DNA of 64,000 nucleotides from Mantamonas sphyraenae STR306 (GCA_026936335.1 JAPMXV010000056.1:248001-312000); one strand, 5' to 3'; numbered from the stretch's first letter, positions 36,054-50,900 are shown. A program made the numbers and translations. The notes: generated by a model from the letters alone, not told the origin.

Positions 36054-36510
36054 TCACGCAGTTCCATGTTGTTGTTGCTGCTGGTCCATGAGAACCTGCA
36101 TGTCGTCTGTGTCGAAGGAGTCGATGCCCGTCTGAAGACAGTGGATGAGCAATGGCACCTTGCTGCCCACAAAGTCATCCGCATGACGCATGGCATCCAA
36201 ATCATCGCCCACATCCTTGGCCATCGTTTCCATGTAAAATGCCTTGAAGGTGCGCATTGTGCTTTCGTCTTCTGCCGCGTCATCCTCGTCCTCGTCCTCG
36301 TCCTCGTCCTCCTCATCTTCAGTCTGCCTCTGCCTCTGCTTCTGCTTCTTTGCTCCCTCCGTGTTGGTTTCCCCTGCGGATTCCAACCACTGCACGAGTC
36401 GGTTGGACAGTCGCAGCACCAGTTGCATCTCTGATGCACTGGAAACCACGTTCGATGACGATGATGATGATGACGATGATGACGATTCTACCTGCATCCC
36501 TGATTCATCG

Positions 36511-36546
<36 letters not shown>

Positions 36547-37163
36547 GCCTCGTCGTCCTGCGCTTGCTCGTTGCACCAGTCGAGCAGTTCCTTGGCTCGC
36601 GAACGCACATTCACCTCCACTTGCTGACCTCGATTCCTCTCCATACACTTCAGTACGGTGGTGAGAGCATCCACGAGGGTTCCTTCATAGCTTCCCACTT
36701 GCCATTTCAGGACAGTCTCCATGGCCTCAAGCATCTGCTGGCCACCCTCGGCCTGTTTGCTCGCATTTGCTCGGCTCGAGCTGCTGCTGCTGCTTTCGCC
36801 ACTGCCACGGGGTCTCTCTCGCCGGTCCTCTTCGTCCTCGTCCTCATCCGATGACGGGAACGCATCCCTGTCCAGGTTCATGGTCACTTTGTCCATGTCT
36901 GCTTCTGTGTACTGCCAGTCGTTGCTGTCCTCCGAGCTATCCGAGTCCGAATCCGAATCCGAACTCGAGTCCGTCTCCCCACCTTCCGACGCTTCTTCCG
37001 ACCCCGACGATGATTCCGACGATGCCTTTCCCTCCTCCACTTCCTCCACTTCCTCTTCAGACGATGATGATGATGATGATGATGATGATGACGAGTCCGA
37101 GTCGCTGTCCTCGTCGGCTCCCTGCGCTCGTGACGAGCGCGACCGCTTCCTGCCTCGTGCCAT
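36054..37163 (-). CDS. Acidic low-complexity protein with C-terminal Rsa3-like (ribosome assembly protein 3) motif
   Basis: C-terminal FKAFYMETMAKDVGDDLDAMRHADDFVGSKVPLLIHCLQTGIDSF resembles the Rsa3 pattern (Y......FGDDLD.LR...DF....LPLL..AL..G); basic N-terminus MARGRKRSR. Confidence 0.6.
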
Positions 37164-37292
37164 ACCTCGGGTTTTGTGTGTGCAAGCCAGCGCCGATGTG
37201 TTTGTGTTTACGATTCCAATAGGAAGCGACGATGGAGAGGTACGCGGATGGGTTCGCGGTGTGACTGCAATGTGTGCAGTTGGGCGATGGCC

Positions 37293-38702
<1,410 letters not shown>

Positions 38703-38917
38703 TTCATGGGTGCTTGTCGTGCAAAGGGGTTGGACAATGTTGCATGTGCAGGATTTCGGATGGCACGGGAGTGGCAAAGACCTGCATTCCGCAGCAAACC
38801 ACACTGAGGCCGCGTGCGCTCCATACATGCGCTTGCCATTGATCGCAAGCGACGCAGAGTGGCAGATGATGTGTACACTCGGGGTTGGGACTGTGCATGG
38901 AGCGTGTGATTGTGGCA

Positions 38918-39205
38918 TTAGAGCAACTCGGGCTCCGGGTTGCCGTCGTTGGAAACCATCACCGGCTCCAAGATGTTCTCCACCATGAGTTTGAGCACGT
39001 AGCCACCAGCGGCATAGCACAGACCCTGCACAAACGGCTTGGCTGCCACGTCCCACACGTAGTCACCCGTGGTCTTCTCCGCACGAGGCACACGGCGGCG
39101 AGCAGTGCGAAGCGTCACGCCTGCTCCCTGCTCCTCCTCCGCCTTTCCCTGCGTGTTGTTCTCCTCCGTCTTGTTGTTGTCCGTGTTCTTGTTGCTGTCA
39201 CTCAT
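38918..39205 (-). CDS. Small hypothetical protein (95 aa) with one hydrophobic segment
   Basis: MSDSNKNTDNNKTEE... with host-like codons; VAAKPFVQGLCYAAGGYVLKL segment. Confidence 0.5.
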   Translation of the reverse strand: MSDSNKNTDNNKTEENNTQGKAEEEQGAGVTLRTARRRVPRAEKTTGDYVWDVAAKPFVQGLCYAAGGYVLKLMVENILEPVMVSNDGNPEPELL

Positions 39206-39244
39206 TTGCAAAAGGGAGGGAGGGTGGGTTCTCTCTCAACACTG

Positions 39245-40085
39245 AACTGCTTGCGACTGCGCATCCAACCTGTCCTTTCTTGTGTGCGTGTGTGGCTCTC
39301 TCCACCCATCATCCACCGTCCCCACGCACACACACACACACACACATGCCTCTCCCTCTTTCATCCCCTCCCATCTCCCATCTATCCTCCTCCTTGCTCT
39401 GTTTCCCAATGCCTTCCAAAATCCATCGCTGCACCCTCGTGTGCCTGTTGTTGGCGCCGCTGGCTGAGCGTGTATTTGGCTGGGGGCAGCTGCTTCCGAG
39501 GTTTTCCCGCGCCCTCCACCTGCCCACCATCCCTCCTGCATCTCTCCACCCTGCTGACCCGTTCCATAACCCACCCACCTACGTGTGCGTGTGTCCTGCG
39601 TGTCTCGTGTACAGATCCATGAAGCTTCCGGGACCGAAACGTGCGTGTCCGCCCTCCCGCCCCAGCCGTCGTCCACCCTTTGCGTTCCCCCCTCCTCTCC
39701 CCACTGACACTGACACCATGTATCCACACCCACTGCACACCCGACCCGTGTGTCTTGTGTTGTTTGTGTGTGTTTGTGCGTTGTACCCCGCGTGTGTGTG
39801 CTGTGTGGTCCAGTGTCGCTGTTCTGCTCGGTGATTTCGGTGTGGGCTGTCCTCTTCTTCCTTGTCCTGGCGCTGACGTTGCCAGCCAAGCCGTTTACGA
39901 TTGACATGCCTCTGGACAAGTATGCAGAGGCAGCACAGGCGTGCTGGATTGCGTTTGGCTTCTACATTGTGTTTGGACTGTCGTGCTTTGCACGCCACAA
40001 CTACGTGAAGAAGCAGCGGGCTCAGGAGAACCAGACCCGTGTGTACACCTTCCTTGAGTGATTCAACACATGTCACACACACACA
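39245..40085. repeat. Inverted duplication arm B2
   Basis: Begins aactgcttgcgactgcgc; reverse complement of 35177-36018. Confidence 0.93.
39619..40061 (+). CDS. RNASEK: RNase kappa / V-ATPase subunit f-like protein, copy 2 (exons 39619-39640, 39814-40061)
   Basis: Same protein as copy 1; GT..AG intron 39641-39813. Confidence 0.65.
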
Positions 40086-40151
40086 CACACACAAAGACAC
40101 ACACAATGACCACACACAGACACAGAACCAATGCATTTTTGCCAATCAATA

Positions 40152-43100
40152 TCAATCGCTGTCACTATCATCCCACTCGTCATCAGCAACTCCCCCTCCT
40201 GTGTTCCCCCTGCCCCTGCCACCTGTCTGTTCGTCACCCACAGCACTGCGTCTGCTGGCCATGGCCGACAGCAGAGTGGACAGAAAGGGATCGGACGGCT
40301 GCACCGTCTTGCGCTTGTCTGCATCCAGGTGCTCCCTGCCAATCTTCTTCAACGACATTCCCTTGCGAATCTCACTCATCATGTCCCCTGGTGACTCCTT
40401 TGCCTTGCCATTGCCTGTGCCTGTGCCCGCCGACCCTTCGCCGTCGTTCCCGGTCTTTTTCAGATTGGCCAATCCGGCCGCAAACGGATTCACCACTGAT
40501 TTCCCTCCGCTGCCGCCTCCTGGTGCCACAATGGGCTTCTTGGGTGGCGGTGGGGGAGGCGGAGGCGGTGCAGCTGTGGCTGCAGGTGTGGATGCAGTGC
40601 CCCCCTTGGCCTTGCCTGCACTCTTGTCCTGTCCCGTGGGTTTGAAGGAGCCCCCGGCGCCCTGTCCCAGCTCTGTGTTGCTCACGGTCATCACAGCCGC
40701 CGTCTGTTCAAACAGGTACAGGTTGACCTTTTTGCCACCGCACTCGTCCATGACATCCACAAGGTCCTCCTGCTCCTCCAGCGTCACCAGGTCCCCGTCC
40801 TCATCTTTGTACTTGAGCACAAACCCACTGCTGGCATACTTCATCGCCACCTTTTGTGCCAACTCGGCCAAGTCCACGTCCTGCGCTGCACTCACCACTC
40901 GGATGTCCTCCTTGAAGTGACACTTGAACTTCACCTTGCCCTTCTTTGCAGGACTGCTGCCGCCCGCTGTTGCTGCCGGATCCTCTTCCCTTTCACCCTC
41001 CACATCCTGTGTGGTATCCTTTGCCTCCCCTTGTGTTTCCTCTCCCCCTGTTTGTTCGACTGTGTCTGCTGCTTCTGCTTCTGCTTCTCCACTCTGCTGC
41101 TCTCCTTCCACCCCCGACGTTTCCGTCGTTCCGCCATCCTCAGAGGCAGAGCCAGCTTCTGGTTCTTCCATCCCCTCCTGTGTGTCCTGCTCCTGTACCT
41201 GCTCCTGCTCTGGTTCCTGCTCCGGCTCCTGCTCCTCCACCTGCGAGTCTGCTTCGGCGGAAGCGGCTGCCTCTTCTTGCAGCCGTTTCTGCTCCAGCAA
41301 CGCCTCACGGATGATCATGGAATTCTCCTTGGTGACGGCACAGTAGCGAATGCTGGTGGCCACGAGTTGCCGCACGTTCTGTGCCTCGTGTCCCATCAGT
41401 GCCACCAGCGGAGGGATGACGTTCTGCTCGCGAATGCGTTCCATGTTGTCTGTCAACGAGGCCACTCGCGTCACAAACTCCACCAGAGGCATGATGTCCG
41501 CCTCGGTGTGCGCACGCGTCAACTTGTCCGCCACAAATGCCAACGCCTCGCTCGCTCCCAAAGCCGCCAAGCAACTCTCGGTGCTCACGCGTGCCATGCT
41601 GTACAGACAGCCCAACGCAATGTCGCTGATGGCACGCAGAGCCACCATCTGTGCAGACATCTGCGGACCGGCGTCGTCATCGTCATCGTCATCATCGTCG
41701 TCATCCACATCGGATGATTTTGCCTTGCCCCCACCTACCGCACCCGTGGCCGAGTCGACGACGTCGTCGGGCATGAGCATGTTGACAAGGACGGGCACGC
41801 CGTGGAGCTCTGCAAACTGGGTGGCAATGACATCGTCGGTGAGCATGGAGGAGAGGAGTCGCAGGCATTGTTCCACGGCAAAGAGTGAGGAGCCCTCGGT
41901 GCCGAGGATGTACAGGATGGGTTCCAGGGCCCCTGTGAGAAACACATCCTGTGTGCTTTCTGGCTTCTGCTTGGCAATGTGACTCAGTGACCACAGAGCA
42001 CGCGAGCGGATCTCCTCCTGCGGCGACACCATGACGCCGACGAGGGCATCGAAGCCCATGAGGGAGCGAAACTCCATCAACGAGTCTTCCGAGAGGGGCA
42101 CGAGACGAGACAAGGCCCAAGCCGCCTGCAATTGGAGCTGGGGCATGTCGTCCAAGGCCAGCATGCCGGTGACCACAGGCAGTGCCCCTGCTTGCAACAA
42201 CAACGCCGTGCCCTCTTCCGCTGTGCTGAGATTGGTCACCACCGACGCTGCATACATGCGCACCTCTGCATCGACGTCGTCTGCGGCCAGCATGGCCACC
42301 ATGGACGCAAGGATGGAGGGATCGTTGCCCGCCTCGGCCAGGATGGCACGTTGGCTGGCGTCGCTGTTGGCCAGGTTGCACACGGCACGGAGGGCACAGG
42401 ATTGCACGTTTGCGTTGCCGTGCACACACATGCCCAGGAGGGTGGGGATGCCGTTGTGATGCAACACATGCTTGGCACACTTGTCGTGCAGGGCAAACAG
42501 GGACACCAGGTAGGCAGCCACTGTGCACACGTCGGTGTCGGCGTGACTCAACAGACGCAGGATGACAGCCACCCACTCCGGGTGGTGCACAAAGTGACGC
42601 ACCGCAGCGCCGCTGTCGTCGCTCTCCACCATGTCAATCAGCACCGACAAACTCAGGGTGACCATCTGCAGATCGCTGTCCTCGTTGTCAAACGAATCCA
42701 CCACTGCCTGCAGGAACTCCTCGTCGGAGCAGTACATGGCCAGCAGGTCTGCGTCGTCGGCAAACTTGCGAAAGGCCATCGCCCCGTACACCTGCAGCTC
42801 TCGCACGGGCGAACACATGTACATGCCCAGGATCTGCATCACCGCCTCGTTCTGGCCCATCGCACTCAACACCTGCGGGTTGTCAATGTAGTACACCATC
42901 GCCATGGCCGCCTGAACCGTCTCCTCCAGCGCATCCGAGTTCAACTGTTGGATCGCCTGTCCCAACGAAATCTCAGGCGCCTCGGACGGCATCGCCAACG
43001 GTTTGGCCGCCTCTGCCGCCGCCTCTGCCGCCTCCTGCTCTGCCATCAGTTGTGCCAACTCGTTTGGTGTTTCCTGCTCCACCAGCAGTTGTGCCGGCAA

Positions 43101-43641
43101 TTCCACCTCGCCTGTCACTTGTGTGTTGCCTCCCTCTTCATCCACCTCCTGCTCCTGGTGCACCAGTGCATCATCATTGGCCTCTTGCCCCTCTTGCTCC
43201 TGTGGTGCTCCTTGTGTTTCCTCTCGTGCGCCTTCGCCACCCTGCTGCAAACTCGGCTTTTCCTCGCGGGAGGGCAATGCAGGAGGCACCTCCTCCCCCT
43301 CTCCCTCTCCCTCGTCTCCAACGCCGTCCAGTTCCACACTGTTGCTCCTGCTGCCGCTTTGGCCCAGCAGATGCACGGGCTTTTCCGTTCGACGAGGCAC
43401 TGGCGGAGGCGCCTCCTCCTCCTCCTCTTCTTCCTCCCCCTCTTCTTCCCTGTGGTCATCCAACATCCCTTCGTCATCCAATCCCTGGTCTTGGTAATCA
43501 CCCTCCAATCCCATTGCTGTGGCACTGTGGCTGGATGGCGATCCAAGCATGCTTTGCAGCTGGGAATCGAGTGCCGAACTGCCCGCTGCCATTCCAGACG
43601 ACGCCCCCGAGTACGCTGGTTGGCTCTGTTGCTGCTGCAGT

Positions 43642-43681
<40 letters not shown>

Positions 43682-44309
43682 CTGCCCGCATGTCCAAGGT
43701 CTGTGTGACCAGTGCCTGTTGCAGGCTATCTTCGCTGAGGGTGCCCAGGTCGCTCATGGAGTAGCGGGCCTCCTCAAAGTTGGTTTTGGAAATGTTGGCC
43801 AGCTGCTGTTCAAACATCTCCAGGCCACTCATGTTGGCAGTGGCCGAAGTCAGCAGCTTAATCAATGGGCTTGCGCCTGAGTTGACTCGTGGTGTTGTCT
43901 GTGGGTCGGTGCTGCCGTTGCCGCCGCCGACGCCTCCGCTGCCGGCGTCGCCCGAGGTTGAAAACAGAGCAAAGCCGGCCTGGTCGAGCTCGTCCTCGGC
44001 AATGGCGTACACGTTCTCACCACGCAGATGGGCCTCCATTAGGGTGTGGACATCCACGTCGTCGTAGTCATCCAGGGTTTCGTCCTGTTCCGCCTCCAAG
44101 GCCTGGAGGATGCTCAGAGGGTCGTTTTCGACCTCCAGCCGGCGTTCGTATTCGGCAAACCGCTGCTCCGCCTTGTGCAGGGCCAACGACGCCTCGTCAC
44201 TCACGCTGTCCAGGTGGCGTAGGACCACTTCCAGCTGGGCCAGGCTCATGTGCGGCGACTGCTGCTCAACCAGGACCAGCAGCTCCTCCAGTTCCGCCAA
44301 GGAAATCAT
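40152..44309 (-). CDS. Armadillo-repeat protein with PB1 domain, poly-proline and C-terminal WH2-central-acidic (VCA-like) tail
   Basis: ARM repeats (GIPTLLGM, ALRAVCNLA, AAWALSRL, VIPPLVALM); PB1 (KVKFKCHFKEDIRVV...LKYKDEDGDLVTL); PPPPPPPPP; WH2 MMSEIRKGMSLKKI; LLSAMASRR; DDEWD. Confidence 0.8.
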
Positions 44310-44362
44310 CTCTCAGCTCGGCTCGTCCTTCTGCCCACGCCAGCGCCGCTTGCCACAACGGA

Positions 44363-47211
44363 ATGTCATCCTCGTTGCACTCTCCCTTGCTTAGAGACCA
44401 GGACGAACCCGTGGCAGATGACGACTTTGACGACGGCGGCGAGGGTTTGCCGCTCGATGCAGCGTACGGAGGCGACGGAGAAGACGGAGTCGGCGGCCGA
44501 GAGGGAGGCCACACGTCCGCGTCCGAGTATGCGCGTGAGGAGGGGTATGGCGCAGACGGGGAGTTTGAAGACGATGGAGACGTTGGCGACATCGACGACA
44601 TCATGTTGGAGCGGGCCAAAACAGACGTGCAAGCGCTGCAACTGCTGCGGGCGAGTGTGTTTGTGCGGGACGCGATGAACGATCGGGATTCGAGCAAACA
44701 CGGCAACGATTACGAGTCGTTGCGCTTGTACATCCTCTACCACAAGCGGTACGTGCGTGCGTTTATGTCTGTGGTGGTGGTGCTGCACATGTGTTTGGCA
44801 TTCATCGAAGACACCGGCCGTGCAAACGCCCCTGTGCACATGTCCCTCGAGGCCCTCTGTGTCCTCCTGTACTTGGCCGAGGTGTTTACCGTGGTGCGCT
44901 TCCAACCCAAATCGCTTTCCGACAACGATTACGAAGTGGTGCGACGCAACAAGTGGCAGGTGGCCAAGCTGGTGTTTTCCATCGGCGTGTTGATCGACCT
45001 GCTGGTTGCCGCCAGTGTCACCCAGCACAGTAGTCAGGGATGGTTTCACGTACGCCGTCTCTTGCGACCCTTTTTCGTGGTTGCCCACAGTCGCAGGGTC
45101 AAGAATGTGTTCATTAGCATGGTGCGCAGTGTGCCACGTGTGCTCGACGTGATGATCCTTGGCTCCTTTCTCATCTTCATGTACAGCCTCTTTGGCGTGG
45201 TGATGTTTCGTGGCAAGAACCAAGCCGGAGGCCCAGACTACTTCCAGGACCTGGATACGGCGTTCATTTCACTGATCGTGCTGCTCACCACAGCCAACTA
45301 CCCGGATGTGATGATGCCCATGTATCGCATGAGCCACTGGAATGTGCTGTTTTTCATCTCCTTTCTCATGATTGCCCTGTACTTCATGATGAATCTTCTC
45401 ACAGCCGTCATCTACAACAACTACAACACACTGAGCGAACGCCTTGTGGTCCAATCCAAGATGAACGAACTCGCAGCGTTGGGAGAGGCCTTTCGCACTC
45501 TCCGCGAAGTGGAAGGAAACGTCGGTAAACCGTCGCACAGTTTGACCAGCAGCCAAGCCAGCTATGGGCGAGGCGTCAGTGGTGGCGGGGGTGGGGAGGC
45601 GGACGATGCCGAGCTGACAAGTGCACGTAGCTACCCGGCCGTGACGGGGACATGTCGAGCCGCTCGGTGCTGCAGAACGAAGAGCGTGTGCTGACAGACT
45701 CAAAGGAGTACATCAGCAAGGCGACCTTCCTCCAGTTCCTGCACATGTGGAAGCAAAAGCGTAGGCCGGAAGAGTTGGAGCTGATCTTCTACATGTTGAA
45801 CACGGACGAGACGGGCAAGCTGACGGCACGCCAGTGGATGGGATTGTGCGACGTGCTGCGCTTGCGCTTCAAGACGGCGCCTGTGCAACGTGAACAGACG
45901 TTTGTGGAGAAGCAGCGTGCGGACAAGGAAGAGGCGAACAAGTCGAGGTCCACCAAGTTTGCGGATGGTCTGCGACGCGTGGTGCAACACCCGTACTTTG
46001 AGGTGGTTGTGGACTTGCTCATTGTCCTCAACGGCACACTGATCACGGTGGATCTGGAGTCTTCGCCGAAGGAGGATTCCATTCTCGACAAGGTGGACGT
46101 TGTGTTTTCGCTGCTGTTTCTTGCGGAAATGCTTTTGCGCATCTATGTGTTCTCCTTCCGCGTATATTGGAAGTCACGCTGGAATCGCTTCGACCTGGTG
46201 GTGATTCTGGTGTCGGTGCCTGCTGCGCTGCTGGACGCGTTTGCAGCCACCGATCTGAGTACAGGGGCCACGCTGGTGGTGGTGTTACGTATGTTCCGTC
46301 TGGTGCGTCTGTTGAACAGCATCAAGCGGTTCCGCGTCATTCTGGGCACGTTCCTTGCGCTTCTGCCCACCCTGTTTACCTTTTTCGTGATGCTGCTGTG
46401 CATCTTCTACGTGTTTGCTGTGTTTGCCATCCAATTCTACGCAGGATCCACGAGCAGGGACAAGGTGGCAACGAACCCCAGGTTTGCACAGTCTGCGTAC
46501 GTGCAGCTGGACTACTTTGAGAACAACTTTGACAACTTTCGTAACGCCATGGTGACCCTGTTTGAACTGATGGTGGTGAACAACTGGCACGTGATCATGA
46601 ACGGGTACGAACTGGCAGAGGACCGCAAGACAGTGCGGCTGTTTTTCATCTCATTCTACCTGGTTGCGGTGGTGCTGACGGTGAACCTGATTGTCGCGTT
46701 CATTCTCGACGCTTATTTCCTGCAATTCCAACTGGTCAACAGTCAGGAAGAGCAAGCAAAGGAATTGGCAGAGAGGAGCTCGGCAGCACAGAGGGTTGTG
46801 TGGAGGAAGCGCAATGCTGCGCGTGCCACGCTGCAGTTCAAGGTGAAAAACACACGCACTGTGTCGGCGCTGCTCAAGGAAATGTTCAAGGAGCAAATCG
46901 AGGAAAAACTCAACGCAGTGTATGTGGAAGATCCGGTGGCGGGTGTCACAAGGGTCGTGGATGAAGCCCATCTGCTGCCTGGCAGGGAAGGGCACACGCT
47001 GCGTTCGCGGCTGTTCTGGTTGGGTTCGGAGGAGCTGCAGCGTGTGCGACGGGCAGAAGAGGAGGAGGAAGAGGCGTGGTGGGCCATCTTCCTGGACAAG
47101 GCACGCAATGTGGTGGAGACACGTGCGCGAAGCATCACCGGGATGAGTGCGTCCAGCGAGGTGTACAGCGACAGCAGCAAGGACGTCGAGCTGACGTATG
47201 CGAGGGAATAA
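44363..47211 (+). CDS. Two-pore channel (TPC), two 6-TM repeats; apparent frameshift near 45635
   Basis: RRLLRPFF; pore 1 LLTTANYPDVMMP; EF-hand-like linker; S4 LRMFRLVRLL; pore 2 NNFDNF...LFELMVVNNW; NLIVAFILDAY. Confidence 0.9.
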
Positions 47212-47266
47212 TCATTAAAAAGATGGTGTGTGTGGCTTTGCACCACGGCAGCGGGAGAGAGGGATG

Positions 47267-47731
47267 TCACACGGCTGTGTCGGAGGCCACTTGGGAATTC
47301 TGCTGGTCTTGTGGCGTGTCCTGGCTGGCATCCTGGCCTGCCTCGAGGTCCCATGAGTTGTCCATGTCTACGCCTGACTGCATTTCTTCCTCTTGGTCGC
47401 GTTCGCGAGCGGCAGCAATGCGTCGTTCGACGCCCTCACGGTGGAGTCGTAGCGCGGCTGCGTTGGCTCGCTTTTGTTGGCTTTCACGCACGGTGAGGAT
47501 GCAACAGTTGAGAATAAGGACGCCCAAACCCAAGCCCACCATGAGTTGGAAGGCTAGATTGGCAGCGCCGCCGAGCATACCGACCAGGAAGCTGGCAAAG
47601 GCCAGACCCGTCAGCACGCGGAAATGAATCTGGCGCCAGCGTTCTCGGGCAAACGGAGAACAGCATTCGTGGCCCTGACAGCAGAAGAAGGCACAGCAGG
47701 ATGGTGGATGTGGTTGCTCCTCTTCACTCAT
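47267..47731 (-). CDS. Hypothetical small two-TM protein with Cys-rich N-terminus
   Basis: MSEEEQPHPPSCCAFFCC; two hydrophobic helices; acidic tail. Confidence 0.55.
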   Translation of the reverse strand: MSEEEQPHPPSCCAFFCCQGHECCSPFARERWRQIHFRVLTGLAFASFLVGMLGGAANLAFQLMVGLGLGVLILNCCILTVRESQQKRANAAALRLHREGVERRIAAARERDQEEEMQSGVDMDNSWDLEAGQDASQDTPQDQQNSQVASDTAV

Positions 47732-47998
47732 GATGGGTTGTTGGAGGCATTGAACGCAGGACACTGGAGACCAAGGAGTCAGACGCGCTGGAAGAAAGTT
47801 CGCGGCTGGCACGGTGGGAAGTGTGTCGAGTTCAGTTGCATCCACGGCAGCATGTCATTAGCATTGGATCGCAACAGGGGAAGAACGATGTCCTTTCTTG
47901 GTTTGCACTTTGGCGTCGGTTGAGTGGTGTGCGCATGTGGATTCAAACAATTTCTCAAAAAAGCAAACCAGCAGCACGCCGAAAACGCGGACGGGGAG

Positions 47999-50900
47999 AT
48001 GGAGATGGAACAACCACTGACGACGCTGAGGTCAGAGGTGGTGACTGCAATCCAGCAGCACCGGATGGTGGGTTTGCACAAAGTGGAAGTGTGCCATGAG
48101 AGGCAGCGGAGGGCGGGAAAACGTCGGGAAGCGACGACCGTCCAGGCGCCTTGTTGAATCTCGAGGGCCAAACGCCGAAGCTGGCACACCTGAGCTGACA
48201 CTGCAGGGCGACGGCGTGCCACAGGGAGATTCGGCGCTGTTTGACTCGCTGGTCAACGAGGTGGAGGGCTTGACACCGGCGAGCTGTGAAATCAACGACC
48301 TGAGTGAATGGCTGCACGCAGTGTCGAGTTGCATTTCGCTGGTGTCCAAGCCCTGCTTGCCGCTCATCAAGGCCCTTCTCAAAATCGACTTTTCTTTATT
48401 CATTGTGCCGCCGCATCTCGACGGTTCCACCGACCCCGGTGGTGATGGTAAGGATGGACTGGGCGCGTGTGTGTGGCGAGTGGCGAGCAGCGTGGGGAGC
48501 CGGCCCACTGACACCGCAAGCGGGCTCACCGCGGACAAAAATCGGCTCGAAAATTGCCCTCAGGAGTGCAAGCGGCTTGTGCACGAGTACGAACGCTTCG
48601 TGCTGAACCTAGTGTCTGCCAACCATTGCTACTTGGTGCAAGCATTGCGCAACGTAATCACCCACTTTGTCCTGCAGCCAGGTAAGTGTGTGCGGGCGGC
48701 GAAAGGGCGGGAGCCGGGGCGGGGCGGACGTTGACCGGACGACGATCTCAGGAACGCGCTGACAAAACTCGGAGGGCCCCACAGTGACGCAGGAGTGGTA
48801 TAGGGATCACCATGTGGACAGTGTGCACTTTCGAAGCATTCCAGACATGCACAGCAAGTATGTGGACATGCACGGGACGGAACTGAGCCCCGAGGTGGTG
48901 GGAGCTCTGTTTGCAACGAAAGACACCGGGGCGGACGCAACGTCGTCGTCGCTGGAACTGGAAGAGTACACCATTGGGGCAGCCAACGACCCGATGGATA
49001 CACACGCAGCAGGCGGAGTGGCAGGCAGCACAGGCAGCATGACGTCATCGTCGTCGACCATGTCGCTGTCGAACCCGGACGAGCTGGAGGCGGCGCTGGC
49101 CGAAGTGGACGAGCAGCAGAATGTGTACAGGCTGGCCCAGGAGCACGTCCTCGACGAACTCCACAAACTGGTGCATGCCATTGTGGGCATTGTGCCCACG
49201 GGCATTGGTGCGGTCACACGTAAGTTGCTGCAGTGGCGTTGGAACTCCGTAGCAGTCGCTCGGGTGCTTTCTTGGAAGGCCGGCGATTTCGGCAGAAAGA
49301 AGCGGAGCATCTGCTGCTTTTTTTATGTGCACCCCCCTCCCCCCACCATCACCGCGCGTGTGCATGCAGTCCTTGGGTTGGAATGGACAGGGAACGGGGG
49401 CACCTGGATGCAGGCGTGTGTGTGTGTGTGTGCCGTGTGTGTATTGCTGTGTGGTGTGCTGTGTGGTCGTTTCTGACACGGAACACACGGGCGAACAGAA
49501 ACACTGGCCAAGTTTTTTCCACACAAACGGATGGATCCCGTGGTGCAGCAGACATTCCTCAAGGCGGCGCTTGTGTCGACGTACTATCTGCCAAACATCA
49601 AGAAGCATGTGATGGAAGTTGTGGTGGACAAGCTGATCGACATTGATGTGGAAATCAAGCTGGAGGAGCTGGACGATGAGGACGAACAGCTGCAGCTGGA
49701 GTCGCAGGGTGGAGGCGATGTGTACAATCAAGACAGGCATCTGCCTCAGGTGCAACAGACGGCGGCCCAGGGGATGGATCTGATGGCGGAGAAGCTGGAT
49801 CTCATGATGGACACCGTGTTCTTCTTTATCGAGTCCCACTTCCAGGGGGAGGTGCGCAGGAGAGAAGGCAGCGTGGATGTGGAGGATCAGGAACAGGAAC
49901 AGGACCAGGATCAGGACCAGGATCAGGATCAGGAAGAGACGCAGGCGGTGGAACGCAAGGAATCGCGTGCGTCGGACGAACTGTTCACGACGCTGATCCA
50001 GATTTTCGACTCCAGGGTGTTGACGATCCACAAGTGCAAGTACACCCAGTTCCTGCTGTTCTACCTGTGCTCCTGTTCCGCACACTACACAGACAGTTTC
50101 CTGGGCTTCCTGCTGCAAAAGGCACTGAGCCGCACCTTCCCGCCGATTGTGCGCCAGACGTGTGTGGCCTACCTGGCCAGCTTTCTGGCACGCTCGGAGT
50201 TTGTGCACACGGAAACAGTGCATACGGTGATTGAACAGATGGTGGAGTGGGTGTTGGACTACATCGAGGAGTACGACAGCCTGGCAGGGACGTCGCTGAC
50301 GATGCGCACAATGCGCCCGGGACTGTTTGACCGCCACCAAGAGCAGCTGGACCATCACCACTCGATGACAACGACGACGGCAACGGCGGCGGCAACAGGC
50401 GCCCACACACATCATCCACAGCACCAGGGGTCTGCTGAGCATGGTGATGATGATGACAACGACGCAGCAGCTCGTGCGGCGGCAGCGGCCCGGTTGCGAT
50501 CGACAAGCATGCTCGTGAGCGATCCGGAGAAACACAGTCTGTTCTATGCCATGTGTCAGGCGCTGTTTTACATCATTTGCTTCAAGCAGGAGGAGCTGTT
50601 TGACAGGGATGGGGGCGCGGAGTTTTTCGAGTCGATTGAGATGAGCACGATCATCAACAGCAGCTTCAACCCGCTGAGTGTGTGCGAAACGGAAGTGATC
50701 ACCGAGTTTGCACGGATTGCACAGGAACACGGCCTGCACTCGTGCATGCGCATCATTCGACTCAACGAGCAGCACAGGCGCAAAGCCTACCCGCTCGACA
50801 CGTTTTTCCCTTTTGATCCCTACCTGCTGCGTGACAGTGTGCACCATGTCAGCGGCAGCTATCGGCTGTGGAACGACAGGCGCGCGGGCACGGAACCCCT

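Noticed and set aside
45600-45700. TPC as two separate one-domain channel genes, or programmed frameshifting
   Set aside because: A single added C restores a continuous canonical TPC; no slippery heptamer is present, and similar homopolymer slips occur in three other genes
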